The notes under the pieces were generated by a model, which ran no database searches, was not told the DNA's origin, and worked only from the letters and a program-made list of their open reading frames with translations. This document shows, one piece after another, positions 1 through 11,938 of a stretch of 33,811 nt of DNA. Made by a program: the position numbers and the translations under genes. Location of the stretch: positions 1 through 33,811 of the forward strand of contig NW_021831659.1 in assembly GCF_006345805.1 (NCBI RefSeq), in the 5' to 3' direction. The DNA comes from Octopus sinensis. Lineage: Eukaryota. The stretch's first letter is position 1, and every line of letters starts with the position of its first letter.

Positions 1-56
1 AAATAGTAGACAGGAAGATATCTGCACATGTTCAACTCCCGAACACTTGCAATTTT

Positions 57-207
57 GGCAGAAAGCCAGAAAGTTCGGGGAAGTGAACAAGTCAACTTAA
101 TCGACCCCAATTCTCAAATGGTACTCATATTGTCGCCCCCTAAAGGAAGAAAGGCAAAACAGGATTCTGCAGAATTTAAACTCTGAACGTAAAGACAAAC
201 GAAATGC
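57..207 (-). mobile_element. Deu/Nin-domain tRNA-SINE fragment
   Basis: Plus strand reads TCGACCCC...TGGTACTCAT...GAAAGGCAAA...GAATTTAAACTCTGAACGTAAAGAC, the reverse complement of a B-box (GTTCAAATT-like) plus a Nin-type GCCTTTCATCCTTTCGGGG core. Related copies lie at 14310, 30272 and 32268. Confidence 0.75.
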
Positions 208-1125
208 TGCCGAGGCAGCTAGAGTAGGCAGGCCCTCTTCTTCCCCACTCCATCCGGCCAACAGGCGCACACTCAGAGTAGACCCATTTCATATAGGTCA
301 TTCTTGACACATTCACCCACCATTCAACAACCTAATTAGTTGAAAGCACCTCCCTCTCAAGCCTTAGTTCTCTTTTCAGCTGGAACCTGAAAAAAATCAA
401 TGAGGCTTCGCCGAAGAGGAAGGTACCTGTCTTAAACCCTTTCAATCGTGTCCACCTCACATGCTCTTTCGCCATAGCCTCTAGACAGAGAAAAACTACC
501 AGTCCTTCCCTACCAAAGGAATGAGGTGGAGTGATCTTCACGATGGACTCAGACGAGAGCCAGATCCGTCCTACAATAGCTGTTCGACGAAGCTTCATAA
601 CTTAGCATGCACGGGCACTGTATGAGAACATGCAGAACGGTTTCATCGCTCCGTGAGAATCTCGGACAAGCGCACCTAACCGCACACCCGCTCCTGTAGA
701 GCTTAGCCGAACCGGCAGGTTCTTCCGGTAGCACTGCCAGGCCAGGGATTTCTGGTAGTTATCTATAAGATCTTGTCTGAAAGTCCACTAGACAGACAGT
801 TGATCCATCCCGACTTCCAGAACCTGTCAGAAAATGTCATCACTCTGCCCCCCCCCACTAATTCCCTATAAAACTCCAAGTGGAACTTATACGGAGTGCA
901 TTGCCGGACTGGCCGACAGGTGTGAGCGCTTGGAGATTCTCTAAGTGCCAAGCGCCCTGCTTGGTCTACGCCTGATCTAGGACTATAGCTCCGTTAAGGA
1001 GACAAACTGCGGAAAAGCTCGTCCAAGAAACGGCGACCGCACTTGTTAAACGCTAAGGTAAGACTTGAGATGCAGCAGCCTCAGTGCATGTCTGCGCATC
1101 ATCAGTCACGGGATGCCATGACCTT
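208..1125 (-). pseudogene. 5'-truncated L1/Tx1-clade LINE, ORF2 C-terminal region (zf-RVT-like), multiple stops and frameshifts
   Basis: Minus-strand translation gives GIP*LMMRRHALRLLHL..., then KLYRSGCAVRCACPRFSRSDETVLHVLIQC (decayed C-x2-C...ET-x-x-H-x4-C zinc knuckle) and WTRLKG...FRFQLKRELRLEREVLS. GC content is well above the flanks. Confidence 0.8.
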
Positions 1126-1172
1126 CACACGATGGGTGTTGACAGCAAATGGACAATTAATGATAAAGGACG

Positions 1173-1201
1173 AATAATAATAATAATAATAATAATACTA
1201 A

Positions 1202-1268
<67 letters not shown>

Positions 1269-1284
1269 TAATAATAATAATAAT
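1173..1284 (+). repeat. (AAT)n microsatellite
   Basis: Direct reading of the sequence. Confidence 0.97.
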
Positions 1285-1826
1285 AGCAATAAGCCGACTA
1301 CGGCTGCTATAATGGTACGATTATAACTATAACGGCAATGATGGCCGTCTCCCCACGAGCCAATCAAAGCTCAAAAATGATAACATTATCGTAGCACCAA
1401 AATGTTTTTCGAAACTAAAAGGAAAACTAAATCAGTAAGTATACCAAATCGCTTGTCCTATGGTTAATCTGGAAGCGCGTCCCCCAGGGAAGAGCCAGCC
1501 TTGGATCGAAAAGTCATCAACTGGCACAAACTCTTCTCCGAATACGGATATGGATGGTCACTTGAACGGGAAATCCCCCAAGTTCACCACCACCACCACC
1601 ACAGAAAGAAAAATGTAAGCGAAACAAATGGACCCGAGAAGATTATAAAGAAGTAATATACGCTTATTACTGCTCATGTATTTTAATTTAACTTTAAAAA
1701 AAAAAAAAAAAATTTAATGAACGAACTATTGAGTTTGGTTTAATGGCCTACCAATATATACTATGGGTTTCTTTGCCCTAGGAGTCGGGAAGACACTCGG
1801 CAAGAAATGGAAGCAAATTTGAAAGA
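1285..1826 (+). mobile_element. R4/Dong-clade LINE relic: N-terminal ORF region joined through an A-tract to a probable 3' UTR
   Basis: After a frameshift in the (CAC)n run, the frame reads PPPPQKEKCKRNKWTREDYKEVIYAYYCS, matching the R-x-KWT-x-EE-x-KE-x-x-x-x-YY Myb-like start of R4/Dong ORFs. It is flanked on both sides by (AAT)n, the known Dong target type. Confidence 0.65.
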
Positions 1827-1836
1827 AGAAAAAAAA

Positions 1837-1904
1837 GTAATAATAATAATAATTAATAAAATAATAATAATAATAAGAGTAATAATAATAATAATAATAA
1901 TGAA

Positions 1905-1946
<42 letters not shown>

Positions 1947-2100
1947 TAATAATAGGCCTGCCAATTTATACATTGTGTTTCTCGGACCTGGGTGTCAAGA
2001 AGACACTCGGCAAGAAATCGGAAGAGAATTGAAAGATGATGATAATGATGAAAATAATAATAATAACAATAATAATGAGGATGATGATAATAATGACGAT
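1837..2100 (+). repeat. (AAT)n/(GAT)n tracts interrupted by a second copy of the putative LINE 3' end (1955-2035)
   Basis: The 20-bp GAAGACACTCGGCAAGAAAT is identical at 1789-1808 and 1999-2018, each within a similar unit of about 80 bp followed by (AAT)n-type tracts. Confidence 0.85.
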
Positions 2101-2249
2101 TGAAGCGTATTAATCAGTATGGCTTCCGCTTAACTCCTCTCATACAGGAATGTTGCTTGATCGCAATTGCATCTGCCGCCATTTACAGCTTCTCCATCCT
2201 GTTTACACAATAAACACAAAAACACACATGTTAGTATGTATGCACGTAT

Positions 2250-2674
2250 AGATGTATATATATGCATACACATACACCTATATACATACACACACACACA
2301 CATATATATATATGTATACATATATATATACACTTATATATATACACATTTATATACATATATACATATATATACACATATATATACACACACATTTTTA
2401 TATACATATATATATACACACTTATTTATATACATATATATATATACACACATATTTATATTCATATATACACATATATATATATATACTCACATTTATA
2501 TTCATATATACATATATATATATACACACATTTATATTCATATATACATATATATATATACACATATTTATATACACACAATATATATACATATATGTAC
2601 ACACACATATGTACACACAGATATGTACACACACACATATGTTTACACACACATATGTACACATACATATGTAT

Positions 2675-2718
<44 letters not shown>
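2250..2718. repeat. Complex (TA)/(CA) minisatellite with recurring CACATTTATATTCATATATAC-type units, ending in pure (TA)n
   Basis: Direct reading; explains all of the overlapping YI/HT-rich ORFs. Confidence 0.95.
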
Positions 2719-2724
<6 letters not shown>

Positions 2725-3099
2725 CAACAGCACTTCACACGCCTACATAAACCCCTACAACACAATGTGAATATGTTTCTTCAATAAGACTACTTTTCGT
2801 TTTTGCGGTTTTTTTTTCCCTTCAGAAGAATTTACCTTTCTCACCACATGTCGCTATCAGAACAACAATACCAATACCTACGACGACATCGACAACCGCA
2901 ACAGAAACATAATGTAACTATATCTAGAGTAGGCTTTATGATTGTACCAGATACGAGACACAATAATAGGAATTATCAAAAGAAGCTATAAACATGGAGT
3001 CTCTCATATGCACAAAACATCGTTTATGCTCATATGGGTTCAGCTGCTGTCTTACTGACAGGATGTTAATACTCAGTGATGTTACGTACAGCACATAAG

Positions 3100-3166
<67 letters not shown>

Positions 3167-3236
3167 GATATATATGTATGATTATGTGAGTTTAGATATC
3201 TACACATGCACAAACACACATGTGTATATATATATA

Positions 3237-3401
3237 TTGGTAAAAACGGTAAGATAACAAAAGAATGAAAGAGACCTCAATATTATGTAAATAGAGGAAA
3301 TTTATCTGTAGATTAATATGTTACCATTATTCAATAGCCAAGATAGAACTCTGAGTTTCGGATGCCGAAGTGGAAATCCACAACACCATCTCTTCGGTTA
3401 T
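3237..3401 (-). mobile_element. Penelope-like terminal (pLTR-type) fragment with a hammerhead-like motif, between (TA)n and (AAAT)n/(TA)n tracts
   Basis: Minus strand reads CCGAAGA-GATG...CATC-C-GAAA-CTC-A-GAGT-T-CTAT. Its layout is similar to the element at 31027. Confidence 0.5.
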
Positions 3402-3429
3402 TTACATAAATAAATAAATAAATAAATAA

Positions 3430-3479
<50 letters not shown>

Positions 3480-3480
3480 C

Positions 3481-3790
3481 TAAGAGCCCAAGCCATGTGC
3501 AGAAAGGCTAATATGTTTTAGGAGAAATACTTAGTCTGTGAAAGGAAGATCTTCAAGAGCAAAGCTTAGATCCTACCACTCATCGAATGAAAATATATTC
3601 AGAGGTAATGGCAGGGCCAACGAAACATTATTGAAAGGCGCTAATAAAGCGCATGAGCACATGCTAGACACCACGGATCGGAATGAAAGAAACACAAAGA
3701 AGCTATCTGTATATGCTTACCATATGCTACAAGTCAACCAAACTATATGAATGTCATTTCTTGCTCAAAATGAACAAAAACGTAATCACA
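3481..3790 (+). pseudogene. Decayed R4/Dong LINE ORF fragment (region upstream of RT)
   Basis: LRAQAMCRKANMF*EKYLVCERKIF, then after a frameshift PTTHRMKIYSEVMAGPTKHY*KALIK, resembling the P-x-x-EE...FW-x-x-IW-x-x-P-x-x-HN-x-x-A-x-WI segment. Confidence 0.5.
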
Positions 3791-4345
3791 GAAAATTGTG
3801 TGCTAAATAGTTTTGAAGAATACGTGGGAGAAGGAGAACATTGCATTTGAAAGTATCCTTATCATCAGGAACATATAATTCCCTCATCATCGAAATTTTC
3901 TCATTTATTCTACATATCTGATGTTTATTATGTGTATCGGGTGAATCATTTTAAACTCTTTTAAATTGATCACATTTTAAAGCATATGGCATCAATAATC
4001 CCTCCACTTACCAATATATAACTTGCTTCTTCCACCCATGAACCTTACTAACCCCCTGCTAAATAATTTATACTTCTGTGTGTATGAACTGTGAATGTAA
4101 TATACCCAAGTGCCTATTAATGTATTCTTCTTATTATTATTAATATTATTTGTGTTATTATTTGGTTGATTCTGTGTATAGCGACACATACACATAATTA
4201 TAACTACATGGAGATACACACAGCAAATATATAATAAGGAAACTGTATTATATATGTATACATATATATAGCATATTTTTATATATATGTATGTATATAT
4301 TATATACACACACATATATATATAATAGAGATATAATATATAAGT

Positions 4346-4378
<33 letters not shown>

Positions 4379-4396
4379 TATAATATATAGGTAATA

Positions 4397-4438
<42 letters not shown>

Positions 4439-4754
4439 AACGCACATAGCACGTGTGGTGTCAGTAACAGTCGCAGTTGTGCTGACTAATGACTCAGACC
4501 ACGAAGTTTAGCTATCAATCTATTAAGTGTTGAAAAGACAGTATCGATTTGATCAAGTAGTTGATCAATACAATGTCACTTTATTTAGTTTCAAATCAGA
4601 CATGTCAGTAGATTTCCTAAAGCGTTATTCAGACACAATTATTCAAAGACGTTCGTTTGTAGACCAAACGCATTCTATCTACAAGAGTCTGTGCATATAT
4701 GTATGTTAGAGCACACATATATATATTCTCTTACTAGTTTCATTCATTGGACTT

Positions 4755-4870
4755 TTGCCATCTGGGGTCACCGACTTTTTATCGACCTCGGTACTTATCT
4801 CCGTCTGTGGTTTCCAAAACGCTAAGTTATAGGACATAAAGGGACACAGCATAAACATCATTAAAACACA
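4755..4870 (-). mobile_element. 3' half of CORE-like tRNA-SINE (family A), degraded
   Basis: Similar to 19185-19380 (GGTACTTAT...AAACGCTAAGTTA...). Confidence 0.55.
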
Positions 4871-5275
4871 TACATACATACTCAAACGCGCCCGGAAGCA
4901 TACGCATACATATATATTGTTCACCCCACGCTTTCTGTCACTTATACAGGGAATCAGATACATACACACACGACACATACACATTAGATGGTCTGTATAC
5001 ACACATAGATACCTTTATACATACAAGCATACGTACAAAGACGAACATACATATGTACATACATACATATATATATGTGTGTATATACGTGTGTGTGAAT
5101 ATATGTAGAACTAGCTATTCATGTTAAAACAAACTTAGATAATAAACCATAATGGAAAGGAGAATCGATACCGGGAGTAGAATATTCTTATTTAATTAAA
5201 TTATGGAAATGTCTCAAGCAAAATGGCGGCTTCTTAATAAAAAAAAAACCGGTGTAGCTCCTTTAACTTTATATA

Positions 5276-5435
5276 GGCGCAGCCGTAGCTCTCTGGTAAG
5301 ACGTTTGCCTCCCAACAAAATGTTTTCTAGGTTCAGACCCACTGTGTTGCAGCTTTGACAAGTGCCTTTTGCTATAGCCTCCGGCTTTTCAAAGTCTTGA
5401 GTTGATTAGGGCGATGGAAAGTTAACGAAACTAGT
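5276..5435 (+). mobile_element. 5' half of CORE-like tRNA-SINE (family A), degraded, followed by (TA)n
   Basis: GGCGCAG...TGGTAAGA...GGTTCAGACCCACTG...GACAAGTGCCTT...CTATAGCCTC matches the copy at 33242. Confidence 0.7.
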
Positions 5436-5444
5436 CACACACAC

Positions 5445-5502
<58 letters not shown>

Positions 5503-5514
5503 TTATAGATGTTG

Positions 5515-5816
5515 TTTGTTCCTTGTTTTTTCCTTCTCGAGCCATGCCTGGCTCATAAAGGCCGGTTTCCCGGTTTCTTTGCGTATAGATTCCCCATCTG
5601 AACGGGACGCCGGTCCGTCGCAAGATGCAGGAGGAAAGAGTGAGAGAAAGTTGTAGCGAAAGAGTCAGCAGAATTTTCGCCATTATTTTCTGCCGGAGAC
5701 GCGTGGAACTTAGGTGTTTCGCTCATAAACACACACATCGCCCGGTCTGAGATTCGAATCCGCGTCCCTCGACCGCGAGTCCGCTGTTCTGACCACTAGG
5801 CCATGTGCCTGCACAC
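5515..5816 (-). mobile_element. tRNA-Arg-like SINE (family B; resembles the octopus OR-type SINEs)
   Basis: Minus head GGCACATGGCCTAGTGG (A box)...GGACTCGCGG (TCG anticodon-like)...GGATTCGAATC (B box). The body shares GAGCGAAA(A)CACCTAA and CAACTTTCTCTCACTCTT with 24241-24628. Confidence 0.85.
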
Positions 5817-5852
5817 TATTTATAGGTGTATATAGCTATATATCTATGGAAT

Positions 5853-6200
5853 TGCATATCTCAATGGTTAAGGTGTTGGGCTCATGAATATAGGTTTCTG
5901 GTTCTGATACTGGAGCGCTAGATGCGTTTTGTTCTTGAGCAAATCACCTGATCTCACGTTGCTGCACTCTGGCGAGGAAGAATATAGACGCCAGCGAACT
6001 GGCCTTATACTAATTACGGGGTAATGTTGCCTAACCATATGTGTGTGTCTGTCTGTTTAGGCCCCCGTAATTAGCCTTTCTGCATGAAAAATGTATAGAA
6101 AAAGTACCAGTCTATGAAAAAGAAAAATTATTGTGATCGATTCATTCATTCAAATAAAATCTCTTATGCGTTGCCCCTGTATATGGCCACAGCCCATCTT
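5853..6200 (+). mobile_element. Degraded tRNA-SINE with CORE-like TTCTTGAGCAAA motif
   Basis: CAATGGTTAAGGTGTTGGGCTCATGA head, GTTCTTGAGCAAATCAC core and a family-A-like tail. Confidence 0.55.
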
Positions 6201-7589
6201 TAAAAGTTGGGATGGAAATATCTGCTATTAAGTATCAAGAATATGTTCAAAACGCTAACCAGTGCAGCAAAAAGTTGCTTAAAATTTATGATTCTTAAGG
6301 TGAACAATACTGCAGCTTTGCTACGCTATGGGCTAAACAGCAAACCGTTTTCGCTATAGAGTTACATCATGAACGAAGAACATTAATTCGCACCGTAATC
6401 AGAGAACTATAGTTGAATGTGATTTCTTGTCGGAGAAAAAAAACTCTTTTCCCATATAGTTGTACAAGTCAATCGAATAATTGAAATCTGTATATTATCA
6501 TTTTAACATCACTTCACATTTTTTTTTGTAGTTTTCCTCGTGTAGAAATGCTTGCATTTATTTCTTTTAATAGTAGAACTAATCAATCAAACTGTGAGTT
6601 TTGAAGCTAACGGTAGCATTCTGTATTTAATCAATAAAATATTTTATTTTCTCCCATGATTTCTATAGTTTTCAATATAAAGAACCGACTGAAGATTTCA
6701 ATATGACTTAACTAATTCATTTACATCATGAGTAGATAGACATTTCGGTATCATTATAATTTATCGGTAAGTCACATGAATACTCAATGAATTTTAGTCA
6801 AAGCCAAGGTTTGAATTTTTCTTAAGTGCACAGTTTTTCCATGAACAATAATGACTAAATTTTTTTACAAAGTTATCACAGTTACTTAGGGTTTAATTCC
6901 TTTAAATATTGTAGCTGAACATACAAATACAAAACGAATTCAAGCATAGGTCGGAATTATTAATATAGATTCACGCACATAAGCATGCCGACGTAACATA
7001 AATGGAGTTTCATGACACGCTAAGAGTCAAAGCCATATAACAATCAAAGACCACAATGATAACTTTTTAGGTAATCGCTTTTACAGACTAATTAATTCTG
7101 ATAAAGAATTAATTGGAAATTGAGTTTTGTTTAGTCTCCATTAATTAAAAAAATTATACAATTCACTTGTGCACCTCTATGAAACAATAGCATGTCGTTA
7201 ATCAAATGCCTTCGGAGTATATTGGTTAAAATACAATCTCAAAAATATCACAGTGACGCAGTGAGGTGTTTTTTCATTCCCCGATCATAAAACATTTTCT
7301 TCTAAAAGCTTTGTCATTTTGCAATTCATGCATTGACATTAGCAATATCGATATTAACGTTTTAATGAATGCATGAAACTCATTAATTTTCCACGACAAT
7401 AATTTAAATTTAAACCCAATATCGAAAAAATATTTTTCTTTGTGGCTATGTATAGATGCGACAGTACAGAGGTTTGTAACTATCAGAGTTTTCATTATTG
7501 GACTCACTTAAATGAATCTCTTTTTAGAATTAAACCTGTAGAGATGTCGCAATACATCACCTGTAAAAATTCACTCTACAGTAGATATA

Positions 7590-7921
7590 CAGAAATCCCT
7601 CCCAATATCGCGGTTCACCTATCGCGGTTCACCTATCACGGTTCACATATCACGGTTCGCATATCACGGTTCGCATATCACGGTCCACATATCACGGTTC
7701 GCATATCATGGTTCGCATATCGCGGTTCACCTATCGCAGTTTAATATTGAAGCTTATGCCGATTCCTCCGTGGCGTTGATTTGAATTTATAATAAAATAA
7801 ATATATACAAATTATAAAAAATAATGAAAATATCTTATACAGTACTGTTTTTACTTCGCGGATTTTCACCTATCGCAAGGGTTTTTGGAACCTAACACTC
7901 GTGATAGTCGATGGATTAGTG
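7590..7921. mobile_element. pogo/Tigger-type non-autonomous DNA transposon (MITE)
   Basis: Left end TA|CAGAAATCCCTCCCAATATCGCG and right end CGTGATAGTCGATGGATTAGTG|TA are imperfect inverted repeats with a TA duplication; subterminal TTCACCTATCGC motif at both ends. Confidence 0.75.
7606..7741 (+). repeat. 14-bp tandem repeat, TATC(A/G)CGGTTC(A/G)C(A/C), 9 units plus a partial unit
   Basis: Units counted directly from 7606 to 7731, with a partial tenth unit. Confidence 0.95.
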
Positions 7922-8439
7922 TATTCAGAAAAAAAAGGATTAATACAAACATTTAGAGAATTTAATTGAAAATTAATAGTAAATACGTTTAAGAAGGCTA
8001 CTTTCCTGGATATCGTTTTATAAGTATTTTCAGGTAAATAACAACTTCACTCTAAACCTATTTGGAAAACTGTATATAACTACACGAATTAATCAGCATA
8101 TAATCTCATTAGTGAACAGATTTCCAACATTTCTTTCGATAAGCTGTTCCTCATCATCGCCTTTTTAATTACAATAATGCTGTAGCAGAAATATATTTAA
8201 AGAAAAGAATATAGAGAATATTAAACGGTAATAAGAAGCATAAATATTAACCATCGAAAGATAATTTCCTTGTCTAACTTCACTATTAGTTAAAATATCG
8301 TCTATAATATGGCAAAATATTTCTTATGTTTAAAATATAGTTTAGACATATGCCATTTAAGCAGTAACGATTAGACAATTCCAGCACTGAAAATCTCTCA
8401 TCTTGAATTATAAATTAAAAGATTCAAATGAAATAATCA

Positions 8440-8605
8440 GGCAGTGGAGTATTCGTGTGGTAAGAATCTTGCTTTCCAACAACACGGCTCCGGGTCCAGT
8501 CATACTATATGGCACCTTGGTCAAGTGCCTTCTACTATTGCTTCGAATAGACGCAACCCATGTTAGTAGATTTGGTAGAAGGCAACTGGAAGAAGACGGT
8601 CGTAC
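8440..8605 (+). mobile_element. 5' half of family A SINE followed by (CA)/(TA)n
   Basis: GTGTGGTAAGAATCTTGC...GGCACCTTGGTCAAGTGCCTTCTACTAT...GATTTGGTAGAAGGCAACTG. Confidence 0.8.
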
Positions 8606-8625
8606 ATACGTATAAACACACACAC

Positions 8626-8666
<41 letters not shown>

Positions 8667-8864
8667 TATATTATATATATATATAATTAGAAAAAAACAC
8701 CTTTTATCAATTCAAAATGAAGAATTAAATTACACCATCTAGAAAATTACATATAATAGAAATATTAAAATTAAAATAACAAATTACCGATGATTAAGTA
8801 AATTGATTTAGTATTTCTAATTGATTTTTTTCCCTGTAAGTTAGGATTAATGTTCCCTCAAATA

Positions 8865-8913
<49 letters not shown>

Positions 8914-9079
8914 ATATAGTAATACTAAATAATTAAGGGTTTAGCAACGATTTGCCTCACCCACACCGAATTTAGAAATAGCAGTCAAAGAGTTTTGGCT
9001 ATTCTATCTACTTAAAAGGGAGATCCAAGTAAAACCACAACACTTAAAAAGCAAACAACGCAGGCCCCCTTTATTATTG

Positions 9080-9134
<55 letters not shown>

Positions 9135-9137
<3 letters not shown>

Positions 9138-9293
9138 GACAGGCCCCTTGCAGTTTCGGTCTATCAAATCCAATCACAAGGTTTGGTCGGCCTGAGTCTG
9201 TAGTAGAAGAAGCATGCTCAAGGTGCCACGCAGTGGGACTGAACCCGGTACCATGACGTTAGGAAGCAAGCATCTTACCATGTAGCAACGCCT
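9135..9293 (-). mobile_element. 5' half of family A SINE abutting (TA)n
   Basis: CAGTTTCGGTCTATCAAATCC...CAAGGTGCCACGCAGTGGGACTGAACCCGG is the reverse complement of the 33242 copy. Confidence 0.85.
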
Positions 9294-9599
9294 GAAGAAT
9301 GTCAAAATAGGTCAGACAATGTTACAGTTGGCAAGTTAGTCATTAAAAATTCGTTATTATACTGTAACGGATCCAACACACATTATCTCTGCTAAGCGAC
9401 AAATCGAATATTTATATCATACAAAAAAAATTAACACATGGCACTGCACAGAAATCCGTACATACACAGATTGACATGGACAAATCTGTCTATTCAGCCA
9501 TTTGTCTGTCTGTTACATTATAATCAGCCATGCGTCTGGCAGTCTCAATATTTGCCACCGTGACTGTAGTTGAATGATAACCTGAAAATATGTAATTTA

Positions 9600-9820
9600 T
9601 TGAGGAGCTGATAGGATTCTACGATATTCATATTTGTGAACAACAAATCCATAACTGATGGAAAAAGATGGGTTTGAATATGGCATGTATCGACTAACAA
9701 AGGTCTTTTGACAATTCACCAATGCCCCGCGTCGAATCTGGAAACATTAATCAAAATGAAGTTCACGCCATAAATAAGCAGGAACATAAAATATGAATAA
9801 ATGATAAATGGCAAACATTT
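9600..9820 (+). pseudogene. Decayed R4/Dong reverse transcriptase fragment
   Basis: GLNMACID*QRSFDNSP resembles the (N)LSMAWIDYKKAFDSVPH motif, and a KWQT segment follows at the expected distance. Confidence 0.55.
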
Positions 9821-10302
9821 CTATAGACTCAAATAAAAAGGGTTTATCATAAACGACAAAGAATAAACAAAGTTCCTTCTCTCTTACCACACGTTTTTTT
9901 GTTGTTGTTTTTGTTTTTTACGTGGCTTTAAAACATTTATCTAAAAAAAACAATTTACCGTGATATAAATTATTCGTAGGAAAACAATAATTGTTATTTA
10001 TGGATGATCGCTACATTTACACTGTAAATAACAAAGAGACGGTAACTTTGTGAAGCAAATTACATGGATCAGATTACCATAAATATCGATATGAAATCTG
10101 GATTATATGAAAAGCGTGAGCTAAATATAAGCACAGCAAAATGAATGAAAGATATAAAATATTCTGTTAGATAAAGATGGATAAGTTCTATGAACCCAGT
10201 GGTATATATGGAGCTACGTAGAAGAGATGCACAGACATACATGGGACACGAATACTGTAGACATCATAGTTAAGCATTTAGGTCTGAGTTGCATACAGAA
10301 TG

Positions 10303-10408
10303 GAGCAGGCGTAGTTGTATGCTAGGAGGTTAGTCTTTCATCCACATTCTTCTCGATTCAAAGCCGTAATGGGACAATTGGGAAAGTGTCTTCTACAATA
10401 ACTCCAGA
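10303..10408 (+). mobile_element. Degraded family A SINE head
   Basis: GGAGCAGGCGTAGTTGT...TGGGAAAGTGTCTTCTACAATA. Confidence 0.55.
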
Positions 10409-11371
10409 CATCTTTATTATTATTATTATAAAGGGCGATGGCTAGAATACCTTGCGGTATCTAATCATGTCTCTTTACAGTTTGAGTTCATATCTATCCA
10501 TGGTTAACTTTAGCTCCTTTCCTTCTATTGAGGAGGGGACTGACACGATATACATACTGGGATTCAAGTGACTGTTTATTTTCTCTTCAAAATTTATAAA
10601 ATTGTGCCCCAAGTCAGGAGGTATTATTATTATTAGATCATGAAAAACAAAAGGAAACACCTTGCCATATTTAGCTATGGTCATTTATGTTCCAAGTTCA
10701 AATTACACTTGGGTTAGCTTTACTTTCCATACTTCTGGGGATGGCAAGAAAAAGTTCTCATCAAATAACTGATTATATCTCTCCTATAAATTTAAGGTCC
10801 TGCATCTTTATTAGAAATTATTATTTATTGTAAATGAAAAGAAATAACTTCCAATCTCACCTCGACCCTCAATCTTTGCAGACTTGTTACCCTTTCCACA
10901 AATAGATTTGATAATTCATTTCTTTTATTTTTGTCTTTTAATTTTATTATTAATTTTATGGCAGCCAAAATAATATAGGAAAAAAATTCTTCTGAGTAGA
11001 TACAATAGAGGGAAGCTATAAAAAATAATACATTGTATGTACGTTTGTGCGCGTGTTCGTTTCTCCATTGCCACCACTATAAAACCAGCGTTGGTTTCCC
11101 TACTCCCTCTTAACTTAAAGGGCCTGCAAAAGTGACCGATGAAGTAAATACCGCTTTTTCAAATCCAAGTACTAACATGATTAGGATTTAGTAATCGCCA
11201 AAACTATTCCATTTATAATTTATTTATGCAGTGGTTCTACAGACGGTAAAAGAACGACCATGAATCGTTTCGCTCACGTTGCGCCGTTCAAACTATGAGA
11301 GAGAAAAGGGTTTGTGGAGAAGATTGGAAATTATTTATAAATAATAACAGAAAATAATTATTGTAAGTTAT

Positions 11372-11472
11372 CTATAGTAGAAGACACTTCTCCAAGATGC
11401 CACGCGGTGGAACTGAACTCGGGACCATGTTGTTGGTAAGGAAGCTATTTACCACAGAGCCACTCCTGCGCC
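11372..11472 (-). mobile_element. Family A SINE head
   Basis: CTATAGTAGAAGACACTT...GCCACGCGGTGGAACTGAAC...GCCACTCCTGCGCC. Confidence 0.85.
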
Positions 11473-11733
11473 TATCTACTTTTTTATCGTTTAATTTTGC
11501 ATTTAATTATTCAATGTTTCTTTAAGACTCTCCCTCTCTCTTTCTCTCTCTCTCTCTCTTTCTCTCTCCAATGACTTCAGATCAGTCTTTCTGACAGCCT
11601 GTCTTTAATATCTCCACATCTATCTGTCTGTCTCTCTGTAATGTCTTCAGACATTAACGATCCTTCGCAGATCCTGAGTAGGATCAGCAAAAATAAAATG
11701 ATCCACACAGTTCTATATTCAAGAGATTAGGAA

Positions 11734-11900
11734 TTATTTACATTATTTATATTATTTATATTCGATGTATATTTGTCCTCATATTGTTTGTTGTTAACAC
11801 AACGTTTTGGCTGATATACTTTCCAGCTTTCTTCAGGTGTCTTGGGGAAATTTCAAACCTGAGTTCTCATTCCTAACGTATTCTTCGATACTATTATTAC

Positions 11901-11938
<38 letters not shown>

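Noticed and set aside
1460-1620. ATG-initiated 52-codon frame ending at AT|GTAAGC, resembling a first coding exon
   Set aside because: It continues by frameshift into the KWTREDYKEV motif, so it is better explained as the N-terminus of a Dong ORF.
3835-3875. Minus-strand CTGATGA at 3862-3868 as a hammerhead
   Set aside because: No GAAA at a suitable distance and no stem I partner.
7606-7741. Regular short repeat array superficially like CRISPR
   Set aside because: The units are contiguous with no spacers, there are no cas genes, the context is eukaryotic, and it lies inside a MITE.
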